DNA of 64,000 nt, taken from Octopus bimaculoides. Its lineage: Eukaryota. The notes under the pieces are model-generated. The model was given only the letters and a program-made list of their open reading frames with translations. It was not told the DNA's origin and made no database searches. The translations under genes were made by a program, and so were the position numbers. Location of the stretch: positions 65,562,411 to 65,626,410 of the forward strand of contig NC_068984.1 in assembly GCF_001194135.2 (NCBI RefSeq). Direction: 5' to 3'. Shown here one piece after another: positions 14,146 through 24,772 of this stretch. Positions within the stretch are counted from its first letter, which is position 1. Each line of letters starts with the position of its first letter.

Positions 14146-15016
14146 AGTAATCAGTAGTAACTCTTTATCAAACTGTGGTACAGAAAAAAAAACTTTACTT
14201 TTAATGTAAAGTAAAAATTGATACAAATAATTAATTATTATTATGCTGAAAGGTATCATGTCAACAAAACAATCTATTTCAGTATAATGCATATTTAATT
14301 GAATTAAAATTTTGGAAACTATTTTGAAATACAGCAGAAGGTAAAACATGATTTAGAGGATTAGAAATAAATTCAATTTGTACAAAAAATATCATGTAAT
14401 TTAGAGTAGAGAAATATCAATTCAAAAATTTTGTTTCTTTGGATTATTCGCAGATTTCTTTGAGTTTTTCATGGATAAAGTTTTCAATAAATTGATGTGA
14501 TTTTTCACTAAATTACATAAGTAGTGATTGCTTTAGCTGGTGAAAGTTTGACAGGAACTCGTATATAATTGAAGAAAACTGTTTAATTGAGATTAATTAA
14601 ATATACCAGTTAGGTGAAATAAATCACTGTATCTTCTAATCACCATTTATAATTTGTATGAATGTTTACATGTGGTGCACATTTGTATGTTATACATACA
14701 TATAATGCTTCATACCAGTATGTATACATGCACACACACACACACATCCAAACATACATTGAAAGCACATGCCGAGACTAATTAGATAAACAAGGCTTCA
14801 AATAGAAACAGAGAAACTAAAACACTAAAACTCATATACACATCTTTTGCAAAGCTACAAGTGATGTGGATATCAGCTAATGTTGTATATCTGGTTATCA
14901 TACATTCTTTGATACCTGTATCAAAAATTGTATTGTGGTCATCCTGGTGCACTGGCTTGAAGTTTATATTTAATTTAGAGAGACATGATCTCTGAACATT
15001 TTTGTTTTGTTGATTA

Positions 15017-15066
<50 letters not shown>

Positions 15067-15624
15067 CTTGTATTGAGAGAGAGGAGAAAGATTCCACTTG
15101 AAGAAATGTCAACAGAGAAGCTGCAAGTTACCAAACTGCTTAAATAGACAATAGAATGTGCATGTATGTCTGTGTGCATGCTAGAGAGGGGTAGAGAGAC
15201 TGTGCTTCTGTGTGCTTCAAGAAATTAGTCTTTCCATTAAACCTCTTTGTATAAGAATTCAGACTACATATTATCAGTAGCATATTCATAAGTAAGTAGT
15301 AGACACATTTTTTAGATAACTGTTTTACTATATCAATGCTACTAATTCAAATTTGCCTGCACATGTATTCCTCCTATATATAAAAATGTTTGGAATCAAA
15401 ATTAAGCATAAATATATCATTAACAACATAAGAGTTCATATTTTACTCCCCGTTATAAGAAAGCAAGGGATATAGAGCTTTTTGTTGCTATTTAACAGAA
15501 ATAAGTGTCAAAAGTTAGCTTCCAAGAAAAAAACTTTAACAGCTTGTATATAATTTATTTATAAAGGAAAGCAACAGTTGATGTATAGTGAAGATATTCA
15601 TGCCAAAGAGAATAGTGTACTTAC

Positions 15625-15649
15625 GTTGTACCTAGTGATACATTTTGCA
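15625..15649 (-). other. Candidate 25-nt microexon, minus strand
   Basis: tttacattttctttcacaatttctgctcag|TGCAAAATGTATCACTAGGTACAAC|gtaagt. Confidence 0.25.
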
Positions 15650-16559
15650 CTGAGCAGAAATTGTGAAAGAAAATGTAAATACAATTTTTGCTGATATATC
15701 TCATATCTTTGTTCCTATTTAACTTTTACTTATGCTATCTGAAGATAAAATGTTAGAAAATACATTATATACTGCAAATTATTAAGGTTTCAACTGATAG
15801 TAATTAGGCATATAAAAGAGAAATGGTAGAGAAGGAATGTTTGGCACCCCTATAGTAGCTGCAGCTTTCAGAAATCATATCATGATCTTTACAAAAAATT
15901 CTGTATACATCTTTTCAGTCAATTTACATTTTAACAAGGTGATTGTTCAAGAAATGTTGACTATAAAAATCCATAATTTGAAGCCAAATATTTTGGCTGT
16001 TACTTAAAGAAATGATTTGGCAATTTTCTTATGATAATGTTCCTGCCAAAATTCTAGATTATAAAGAAAAAAAATTAAAGCAAAGTGCAAGCTTATATTC
16101 TACTAAAATGCTCTCAGATGTGAGGAGAGGTAGTATTTGAGGTGATAAATTAATATTATTAAAACTAATGTTTGCTAAAAACATGAGAATTAAACAAAAA
16201 CAGATATTTTTTTTTCTTTATGTCACTTTATGTCAGTCTAATATTTAGTTGAAAATTAATTTTAGTATCTAATAAATATTTTGGAGATATTTTTAGAAAA
16301 TTTTCTAATAATTTTATACTTTTGAACTAGTATAGCTAAAAGAAATTCCATGAATTTTCACCATAAAAATATGAGTAAATGATGATGGTGATGATGATGA
16401 TATAAAATATTAAAATACTTACACATCCACACAGAGATATGCAAACAAATGTACATACATAAAAATGCCCAATGATATATGACTATATATGCGTGTGTAT
16501 TTGTATAACTATATATACTTATTAATAATAGATTTGCAATGACTAGACAAGTAGGCTGG

Positions 16560-16866
16560 TCATGTCCCACAGAGGGAGTTGCTAATTATCTGTCCTTTCT
16601 TGTCTCCTCCGTGAGATGCAGCAACTTAAAATCTGTCTTCACTGTTTTCTCTCAAGTTTTCTTCACTCTTCCACACGTTTCATTTACTATGAATGCACAG
16701 TACTTCTTTATATTGCTGTCCTCCTCCATCAGACTCGCATACCAATGCTGTCTTCTCTTTTGCTTAGGCATTTCATTCCTTTCAGTTCATTTGTGTTCCA
16801 TTGCTCATACACACAAGTACTACACATCCAGTGAAGCATACTTACTTCGTTTCTTTCTAGGTTTTG
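16560..16866 (-). mobile_element. Older RTE LINE fragment (ORF2 C-terminus)
   Basis: The minus strand reads LERNEVSMLHWMCSTCVYEQ...HWYASLMEEDSNIKKYC, paralogous to LTRNEVSMHRWMCNVSVH of the adjacent element. Confidence 0.7.
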
Positions 16867-16892
16867 AAAAATTCTGTAATCAAGATCTAGGT

Positions 16893-17200
16893 CAGTCAGG
16901 CAGTACTGGCATCGACCATGCTTGAATGGTACTTTTTATGTGTCACAGCCACAGGACCAGTTAGCCAGCACTGACATCAACCACGCTCGAAGGGTGCTTT
17001 TTATGTGCCACCAGCATGGGTACCAGTCAGGTGGCACTGGCAACGATCATGCTTACATGGTGCTTATATTGTGCCACCGGCACAGGACCAATCAGGTGGC
17101 ACTAGCATTGACCACACTCAAATGGTGCGTTTTATGTCCACCGGTAAAGGTGCTAATCAGGTGGTAATGTCATCGGCCATGACAATGACTTCACTTGCCT
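16893..17200. repeat. About 65-bp tandem minisatellite in the RTE 3' UTR (4 full units plus 1 partial)
   Basis: Units start at 16893, 16958, 17024, 17089 and 17154 (cagtcagg...ctggca.cga.ca.gct...atggtgct.tt.atgtgccacc.gcac.ggac). Confidence 0.85.
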
Positions 17201-18518
17201 CAACAGGTCTTCGCAAGCGCAGTTTATTACCCAATGGTAGAAGGGTACTCTTAAATGAGCTGGTTATGCTGCACTGGCATAGGCCAAGCTTACAGTCTCA
17301 TTTGGCTTGCTGGGTTTTCTCAAGCACAGCATATCTCCAAAGGTCTCAGTCACTTGCCATCGCCTCAGTGAGGCACAATGTTCAAAGGTTGTGCTTCACT
17401 ACCTCATCCCAGATCTTCCTGAGTCTACCTCTTCCACAGGTTCCCTCGAATGTTAGGGTGTGACATTTTCTCACATATGACCATACCAGTACAGTCATCT
17501 CTCTTGCACACCACATTGATGCTTCTTATGCTCAACTTTTCTCTCAGAGTGCTTACATTCTGTCGAACATGCACACTGACATTACACATCCAGCGGTGCA
17601 TACTAACTTCATTCCTTGTAAGCTTATGCATGTCCTCAGCAATCACAGCTCATGTTTTACTTCCATGTAGCATAGCTGTTCGCACACATGCATCAAACAG
17701 TCTACCTTTTACTCTGTGCGAGAGGCCCTTTGTTACCAGCAGAGGTAGGAACTCTCTGAACTTTGCCCAGGCTATTCTTATTCTTGCAGCTACATTCTCA
17801 GAGCATCCACCCCTGCTACTGACTTGGTCAACTAGGTAGCGGAAGCTATCAACTGCTACTAGTTTTTTTCCCTGGAATGTTACAGAAGCTGTTGTCTGCA
17901 CATTTTCAGTGTTTATTACCCCTGAGCATTTGGCACTCACAAAAACAATTAACCTTCCAGTTAACCTTCCTTTGATATTGCTGCACCTCTTATGTGTCCA
18001 TAGTTTACACCGGGTACATCTTATGGAGTTTCTACTTATGCTTTTTCTACAGATCGAACAGGGCCATCTACCTGAAGGGATTTGTGGTTTGTCTGCCTTC
18101 CAGCTTATTAAGATCTTGGTTTTTGCTAGATTGACTCAAAGGCTCTTTGATTCTAGACCCTGCTTCCACACCTGAAACTTCTCCTCTAGTTCTGATAGTG
18201 ACTCAGCTATTAGAGCAAGCTCATCAGCATGGCGAAGCTCCCAGGGGCATCCTATCTTGAATTCCTCTGTTATTGCCTGGAGGACTATGATGTATAAGAG
18301 CGAGGCTGGGGACTGATATTTGGTGGACCCCTACCCCTACTTGGAAATCTTCACTGTACTCATTGCAAACCCTCACCTTACTGACAGCATCTCTATACAT
18401 GGCTTGTACAGCTCTCACTAACTACTCATCTATCCCTAGTTTCTGCATTGACCATCAGATAAGGGATCAGGGAACCCTGTCAAAGGCTTTCTCCATGTCA
18501 ACGAAAGCCAGGTACAGA
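16893..18518 (-). mobile_element. RTE-clade LINE, 5'-truncated and decayed (RT domain, C-terminus, 3' UTR)
   Basis: The minus strand gives [47 protein letters not shown] (degenerate YADD), then VDSFRYLVDQVSSRGGCSENVAARIRIAWAKFREFLPLLVTKGLSHRVKGRLFDACVRTAMLHGSKT and NEVSMHRWMCNVSVH. Several stops and frameshifts. The 5' end lies next to a (TA)n tract. Confidence 0.92.
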
Positions 18519-18544
18519 GATATATATCTTTATTATGTGTGTGC

Positions 18545-18546
<2 letters not shown>

Positions 18547-18632
<86 letters not shown>
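18547..18632. repeat. (TA)n microsatellite
   Basis: Direct reading. Confidence 0.95.
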
Positions 18633-18638
<6 letters not shown>

Positions 18639-18678
18639 GTGTATGTGTATACATATATATAAATATATAAATAAGATT

Positions 18679-18919
18679 GAGTCAGCAGGAAGTATTATGG
18701 TTGATAGTTATTTTTAAATCCCTACAAATGTTTTTATACAATATAGTTCTTCATATATACAGGTATTTAAATATGCAGCCGGTTACCTGATAAAATGGGA
18801 TCCTGTTGTATTTCCTCAAGTGAATATCAAATACCTGTATATATGAAGAACTATGTTGTATAGAAACATTTGTAGTGATTAAAAAATAACTGTCCAACTG
18901 TAATCCCTCTTGTTGACTC
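18679..18919. repeat. Foldback element with about 95-bp arms (18679-18774 and 18824-18919) and a 49-bp spacer
   Basis: For example ctacaaatgtttttatacaatatagttcttcatatatacaggtattt pairs with aaatacctgtatatatgaagaactatgttgtatagaaacatttgtag. Outer parts are more diverged. Confidence 0.88.
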
Positions 18920-19375
18920 TATTTTATTCTATTTTATTTTCACACTCGACAAATGCCCAAATCTAGACTTGGAATTATATCATAATACTACCAGCTATTT
19001 GGTAATTCTTAGGGTGAATGAGCTCTATGCTGTACTCTACTACATTCCTAACAGAATACACCTTAAATATACATATATACATACATATATATGTATATAT
19101 ACAGAGAGAGAGAGAGAAAGACTAGATGCAGGAAGTATATATGTATAATATAAATACATTTCAACCAGTTATACATTTTGCACAGAACAGAGGAATAGTG
19201 GAATAAAATGCAAATGAATTCTTTTTTTTTGCCTCTGTTTCTCTTATCTTTTGACATTATTGTGCTTCTACATATGATATCTGCAGATAAAATAAATTTG
19301 AAGACTCAAAAGTATGGCTTCCATTATACGCTACACATTATTAAGGTATTATGTGATACAAATTACATATACCAG

Positions 19376-19444
<69 letters not shown>

Positions 19445-19759
19445 CACAAAATACATTTAGATAAATGATAGAAAATGCAATGAATGACATCCTTTATTTT
19501 AAATCTCTGCAATTGTTTCGGCACATTTTTACACGCATAGTATACTGGTGAGATGTTGTACAATCATTATGATACATTCAAGGTGTAAAATGCATACACC
19601 TCCTTGGTTGATCGTTTAAATGGGTTCTTCATTAGATACCACCATTATTTTGCACACTGTGAAGATACATACCTAAAGTGATATGTCATTTTTAATAGTT
19701 TCCAGACAAAACTAAATCCATAGATATAGTGACAGATAAAATACAGTTATAATTATCAG

Positions 19760-19990
19760 CATGATCATTTAGCAACTGCTTTCCATGCTGGCATGGGTCA
19801 GACTGAACTTGGTAAGCTGGGGAGCTGCACCAGGTTCCAGTTTGATTTGGCGAGGTTTCTACAGCAGAATGCCCTTCCTAACACCAACCACTCCAACCAA
19901 GAGTGTAATGGGTAATTTTTACATGCCACTAGCACAGGTATCAGTTACATGACACTGGCATTAGCCATGACTATGATTTCAATTGGCTTG
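19760..19990 (-). mobile_element. RTE-type 3' UTR and tail fragment
   Basis: ttccatgctggcatggg...gcccttcctaacaccaaccactcc...catgccactagcacagg, the same family as 34055-34195 and 35690-35845. Confidence 0.7.
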
Positions 19991-20395
19991 ATTAATCAAA
20001 CTATAAAATACAGAAAAAAAGAACTGGATAATTTTTAAAAAATGGTGTGGGGTGGTCATGTTGACTTAAATTACAATTCTATCTTCATGGTCTGATTATA
20101 AGGAAGAAAGTACAAAATGGAATGAAGAATAAAATTAAGTATTTAGAAATAATGAAGTGACAAAGTGATGAAGACTGACCATTTCAGTAATCAACTGTCT
20201 CTTTCTTTCTTTGAATGATTTAAGTTACCTTGTGTCTGTCATAGCAAAAACAACTGGCTCCATTCTACCCTCGAATCAGTCCCTTACCGTTTAGTTTTGA
20301 TATCCTTTTTTTAAACAATTAGACATAAAAATGTTAGTGGGCATCTTTACTGCCACCTTAACATGTACACATATCTAGAAGGTAGTGTATACAGT

Positions 20396-20427
<32 letters not shown>

Positions 20428-20468
20428 GGATAGTTTTGTAGTTCACTTGAAGCATTGTGTATTGCTTG

Positions 20469-20757
20469 TAAAGAATAAAAAGTTTTGAATGGTACAACAA
20501 TGCACTATAATGCAAAAAATGGAACTATATACCTGTTTCAATTTAGTTATCCATAGTATTTTGGAATACAATTCCTTCTTCAGATATTCTTAGATGGAGT
20601 CGCTGACTATAGTAGTGACTCCATCTAAGAATATCTGAAGAAGGAATTGTATTCCGAAATATCATCGGACTATGGATAACTAAATTACAGCAGGTATATA
20701 GTTCCATTTTTTGTTTAATAGTGCATTGTTGTACCATTCAAAACGTTTAATTCTTTA
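20469..20757. repeat. 289-bp near-perfect palindrome containing a hammerhead-like core
   Basis: The core stem 20563-20604 pairs with 20614-20655 (42 bp, one G-T) around a 9-nt loop. Arms extend to about 140 bp with one indel. The + arm has CTGAAGA-A-GGAAT-tgt-ATTCC-GAAA-T-ATC (20635-20663). Confidence 0.92.
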
Positions 20758-20771
20758 TATATGTATATATA

Positions 20772-20871
20772 NNNNNNNNNNNNNNNNNNNNNNNNNNNNN
20801 NNNNNNNNNNNNNNNNNNNNNNNNNNNNNNNNNNNNNNNNNNNNNNNNNNNNNNNNNNNNNNNNNNNNNNN
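20772..20871. other. Assembly gap (other gaps: 24066-24143, 27646-28588, 33211 to about 34011, 35092-35485, 49296-49457, 59880-60603)
   Basis: Runs of N, nearly all bordered by (TA)n or (TAA)n. Confidence 0.99.
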
Positions 20872-20911
<40 letters not shown>

Positions 20912-21569
20912 ATACACATATATACACACACACACACATATCACTTTATATATACACGCATAGTTGCTTCTTAGAAATATTCTTAAAATTTTTACTGTTT
21001 ATATCAATATTAATATGTTGGGTTGACAGCCTAACCCACTCACAAAGTAGTGTGTATATCCTTAAATATACATACATGTATCTATATATGCACATATACC
21101 GTATATACTTCTTACATATAACCTTACTATTATAGAAGCAGGAAAGATATAGTATAATGAAATATATCTGCATATATCTGTTTATATATACACACATAGA
21201 CACTTCTTTTATACATAATTATTATTTCTAAAGACAGAAATTTGCTTATATTTACACATATAAATACTTCTTATATAGATTCTTATTGTTCATAAAAAAC
21301 AGAAATAGATAATACATTTATCTACTTGTATAAACTCTATGGATATTATGGAATTTATGATGTCTATTCAGTAGCAGGAGCATTTCCACTGTATAACATC
21401 AGGTAGCTAATAACTGTGCATGAGCTATATGTATACAGGCATGACTATACCTAAATGTTATATAAGAGATGTGTAAGCATGTGTGTGTGTGCGTCTGTAT
21501 GAGAATATGCAAGCATAATTACGTATATACATGCATACATATCAAAAAGCACATGAAGGCATAGTCTGC

Positions 21570-21900
21570 AATGCCCTCAATTGTAATTAAAAATCGAATG
21601 AATTTCTCTGATGTCATAAATATTTTGGCAGGAATGTTTCAAGGTGACAATCTGACTATGCTTTACATTATTTTTGGCCTTAAATCCATAGTCATTTCCT
21701 TTACAAAAAATTCCACTGGTTATTCCTGAAGGCCTAAAACAGAAAGAAACACTAATTCTGTTCTTAATTTCTTTGCTAACAAAATATTTACGATACTGAA
21801 AAACATTTTTAACCTTTTTTGGCTGATGCAGAGACAGAGTATGGCCAAAAGAATTGTTCATATTTAACAAATAGATATGGAAAAATTGTTCCCTAACTCC
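21570..21900 (+). mobile_element. Decayed non-LTR RT fragment (GIFQGDSLSP-type, R4/Dong-like or related)
   Basis: The + strand reads GMFQGDNLTMLYIIFGLKSI and later ADAETEYGQKNCSYLTNRYGKIV (compare DIGMEFGLDKCA...RGK). Contains stops. Confidence 0.5.
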
Positions 21901-22261
21901 AAAATTTGTATCAATGGTCTCTCTATTTCCTTTGTTCCACACACGCACTGCAACTACCAAGGTGTTCATGGAAATATATCATACAAAGATCTGCTAACAA
22001 CAATACAAGGACTAAAGAATTTTATGGTAGAGACTAAAAGCTATATATATATATAAACGTATCACAGATCATGATGGGAAGGATGACTTCCCTTTGCAAA
22101 TACAGACAGGACACAGATGTGTGTCAATAGCCAGCTGGAGGAGATGTTCTCCTGGGGCTAAAAGCAACAGTAACATCCGCCCTTAGGGGTCAGCCGCATT
22201 TAAGTGGCAAATATACTTCACCTTGTCGTGCAGTTACTGTTAATACCTCGTTCAGAGATTT

Positions 22262-22317
<56 letters not shown>

Positions 22318-23869
22318 TATAGTATGTACATATATATAAATATATAGTATGCACACACACATATATATCCACCACTATCATTATCACCTAAGATCCTTTT
22401 TTTTCATTCTTGCATGGGCTGGATGTTTTGACAAGAACCGAAGAACTATGACGTCTTGAGTTTCTTCGCACCATGTGTGAATGTCATTTTGCAGCAATTC
22501 AAACTGGGTAGACAGAGGCCTGAAAGAATCCCGTCATGTTTGTTTTCACCTACATTTTATGTCACAACAAGTTTGCTCAAGAATTATGCTAACAGTACGC
22601 CTGTCTGTGGTTTTCCCAACTACTGACACATTAATTCAGGAAAAGGTAAGTCACTTGATCGAATAACATTCAATACATTCAATTTTTTTTAACATCTTTG
22701 CATTTTCTGACTTGTCTCAAAATCATGCAACAACGTAAGAGTTAGTAATGTGTGGTTTAGAGAAATGCCCAGCCTGTATTTAGCCCTCCCTGAAATTAGA
22801 ATTTCCAGTGATTTTATATATTTCTATTTTTATGGCAAGAAAGGGCACTATCCTAAATTATTTGAAAGGTCTTAGAAACTATTTGTAAAATATTAAGAAG
22901 AAATCACACATCATGGGTTATACTCAGGCTGGTGACTTGGTTCAGATAATTGCCTCAGAATATGATCTGTTTAAGTCACCCATGAGCTAAGTGGTATTGT
23001 TACACTAGGTCATGATTAAATCTGTTGGTAAAAAATATTTCTCCAAAGTGTCATGAGTGAAGCATATTAAATCAAAAGGTGAATCAAAGATACTAGGAAT
23101 TGTTATTTTCAATTCCCCACAGTGAATATTTTCTTCTAACAATTTTTCTGAAAGCGCCAAGAAAGTTGGCAAAAATATATACTTCTACAATATTTCATAC
23201 ATATTGCATGATTAGTAAGATATTAATATGGAAAATCAAAACAAAAATTGATTTTGCCATCAAAGTCTGACTTCACAAAATGATATGAACGTTAAAAAAT
23301 GCTGACATGAAAAATATATTTGTTCTTTTTTTTCCTCCCTTTCTTAAGTTCACTTTTAGTCAAATATCTTACTCATACTTGTGGCTCCTAATTCTTAAAA
23401 AAAATGTATTGATTATCGAAGCAATATATTTTGTTGATAATTTTCACTAAATATATGCACAACTTCATATTTTAAATGTTAAACACATTAATATTTACTA
23501 TTTTAAAATTCTTACTGACTATTTATTATTATTCCAAATAGCACTTCTTTTTATTTTTATATACGTATTTATTCAATTTGTTAAAAAGGATTAGTCATTT
23601 AACAAAATCATTGCTACACAGGAGGATCTGAATAATCAGGTGAGGCTTGTGCAGTTATTATATCACCGTTAAGCATTCTTCTTTGCATTGATAATTTAGC
23701 ATAGTCTAATTTTATTAATAATCCACTTAATATATACTGTATATATATATATATATACATACACACACACATATATATATATATACACACACACGCACAC
23801 ATATATATACACACACATACATATACATATATAGACACACATACACACATGCATATATATATTTTTTTT

Positions 23870-24055
23870 CTCCGTGTTTTTCTCCTTGTTTTCTCCGTGT
23901 TTTTCTCCTTGTTTTCTCCGTATTCTTTCTGTTGAAGAGCGTAGCTCGAAATGTTAAAGACTTTCCGTATTCCCGAGCATCATACTAATACATCCTTTTG
24001 TTGTTTACACCACCTGTCCTCGTCTGTTGTAGTTTTTTTTCGTACATTCTCCCAT
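23870..24055 (+). mobile_element. Penelope-like terminal repeat with a variant minimal hammerhead motif (23924-23960)
   Basis: TCTTT-CTGTTGA-A-GAGC-gta-GCTC-GAAA-T-GTT-AAAGA, so stem I and stem II both pair. It is preceded by a 23-bp duplication (ttttctccgtgtttttctccttg) and sits between TA repeats. Confidence 0.6.
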
Positions 24056-24143
24056 ATATACATATNNNNNNNNNNNNNNNNNNNNNNNNNNNNNNNNNNN
24101 NNNNNNNNNNNNNNNNNNNNNNNNNNNNNNNNNNNNNNNNNNN

Positions 24144-24176
<33 letters not shown>

Positions 24177-24189
24177 CCTTTATCTTATG

Positions 24190-24345
24190 CTTGTTTCAGT
24201 CATTGGACTGCAGCTAAACTGGGACACTGCCTTGAGGAATTTTAGCTAAACTAATTAAAGTCAGTCCTTATTTTCTTCTTACGCCTGGTACTTACTCTAT
24301 TGGTATCTTTTGCCAAACCACTAAGTTACAAGGATGTATACCAAC
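24190..24345 (-). mobile_element. 3' module of the composite tRNA-SINE (family B)
   Basis: gtttcagtcattggactgcagc...tttgccaaaccactaagttac matches the tail at 53845-54030. Confidence 0.7.
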
Positions 24346-24574
24346 ACTGTGTGTGTGTGTGTGTGTGTGCACATATCTACATTGCCCTAGTGTAATGTAG
24401 ATAACAGTGAGAAGACTGAAGAACTAGTTGTCTTTCAAAAGGATCTTCTGCAACGTTTTGGGCACTCTTGTCATCAGAAATTTAGTGACCACTGATAGGG
24501 TCTTTGAGAACCTGTAACCAATAAAACTATTTTTCATCAATTGTTATATAATGTATAAATAATCATTTCAAGTA

Positions 24575-24772
24575 AAGTACCAGAAATTTTAGGAAGGGAA
24601 AGCTAGTCAATCACATCAGCTCCACAGTCAACTGGTACTTATTATATCAACCCCACAAAGGATGAAAAGCAAAACTAACTTTGGCAGAATTTGAACTCAG
24701 AACATAAAATTGGACAAAATGACACTTTGCATTTTGCCCTGTATGCTAATGATTCTGCTAGTAACCACCTTA
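24575..24772 (-). mobile_element. SINE family A
   Basis: actggtacttattatatcaacccc...ggatgaaaagc...gaatttgaactcagaac...gattctgctag...ccacctt. Confidence 0.8.

Noticed and set aside
16893-17463. Regularly spaced 65-bp units (CRISPR-like at first sight) and the 152-aa + strand ORF at 17005-17463
   Set aside because: The units are contiguous degenerate tandem repeats with no unique spacers, the context is eukaryotic, and there are no cas genes. The ORF is repeat plus antisense RTE sequence.
21577-21969. 130-aa minus-strand ORF with a plausible internal acceptor
   Set aside because: It lies antisense to a decayed RT fragment (GMFQGDNL...) and has no recognisable domain.
22495-22645. 151-nt + strand exon candidate ending GAAAAG|gtaagt
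   Set aside because: Weak pyrimidine tract, no recognisable peptide, and GTAAGT is expected many times by chance in this base composition.
23622-23639. 18-nt in-frame microexon-like segment (EDLNNQ, cag|...CAG|gtgagg)
   Set aside because: Poor pyrimidine tract, and the opposite strand reads like a decayed CR1/L2 C-terminus (MQRRMLNGDII).
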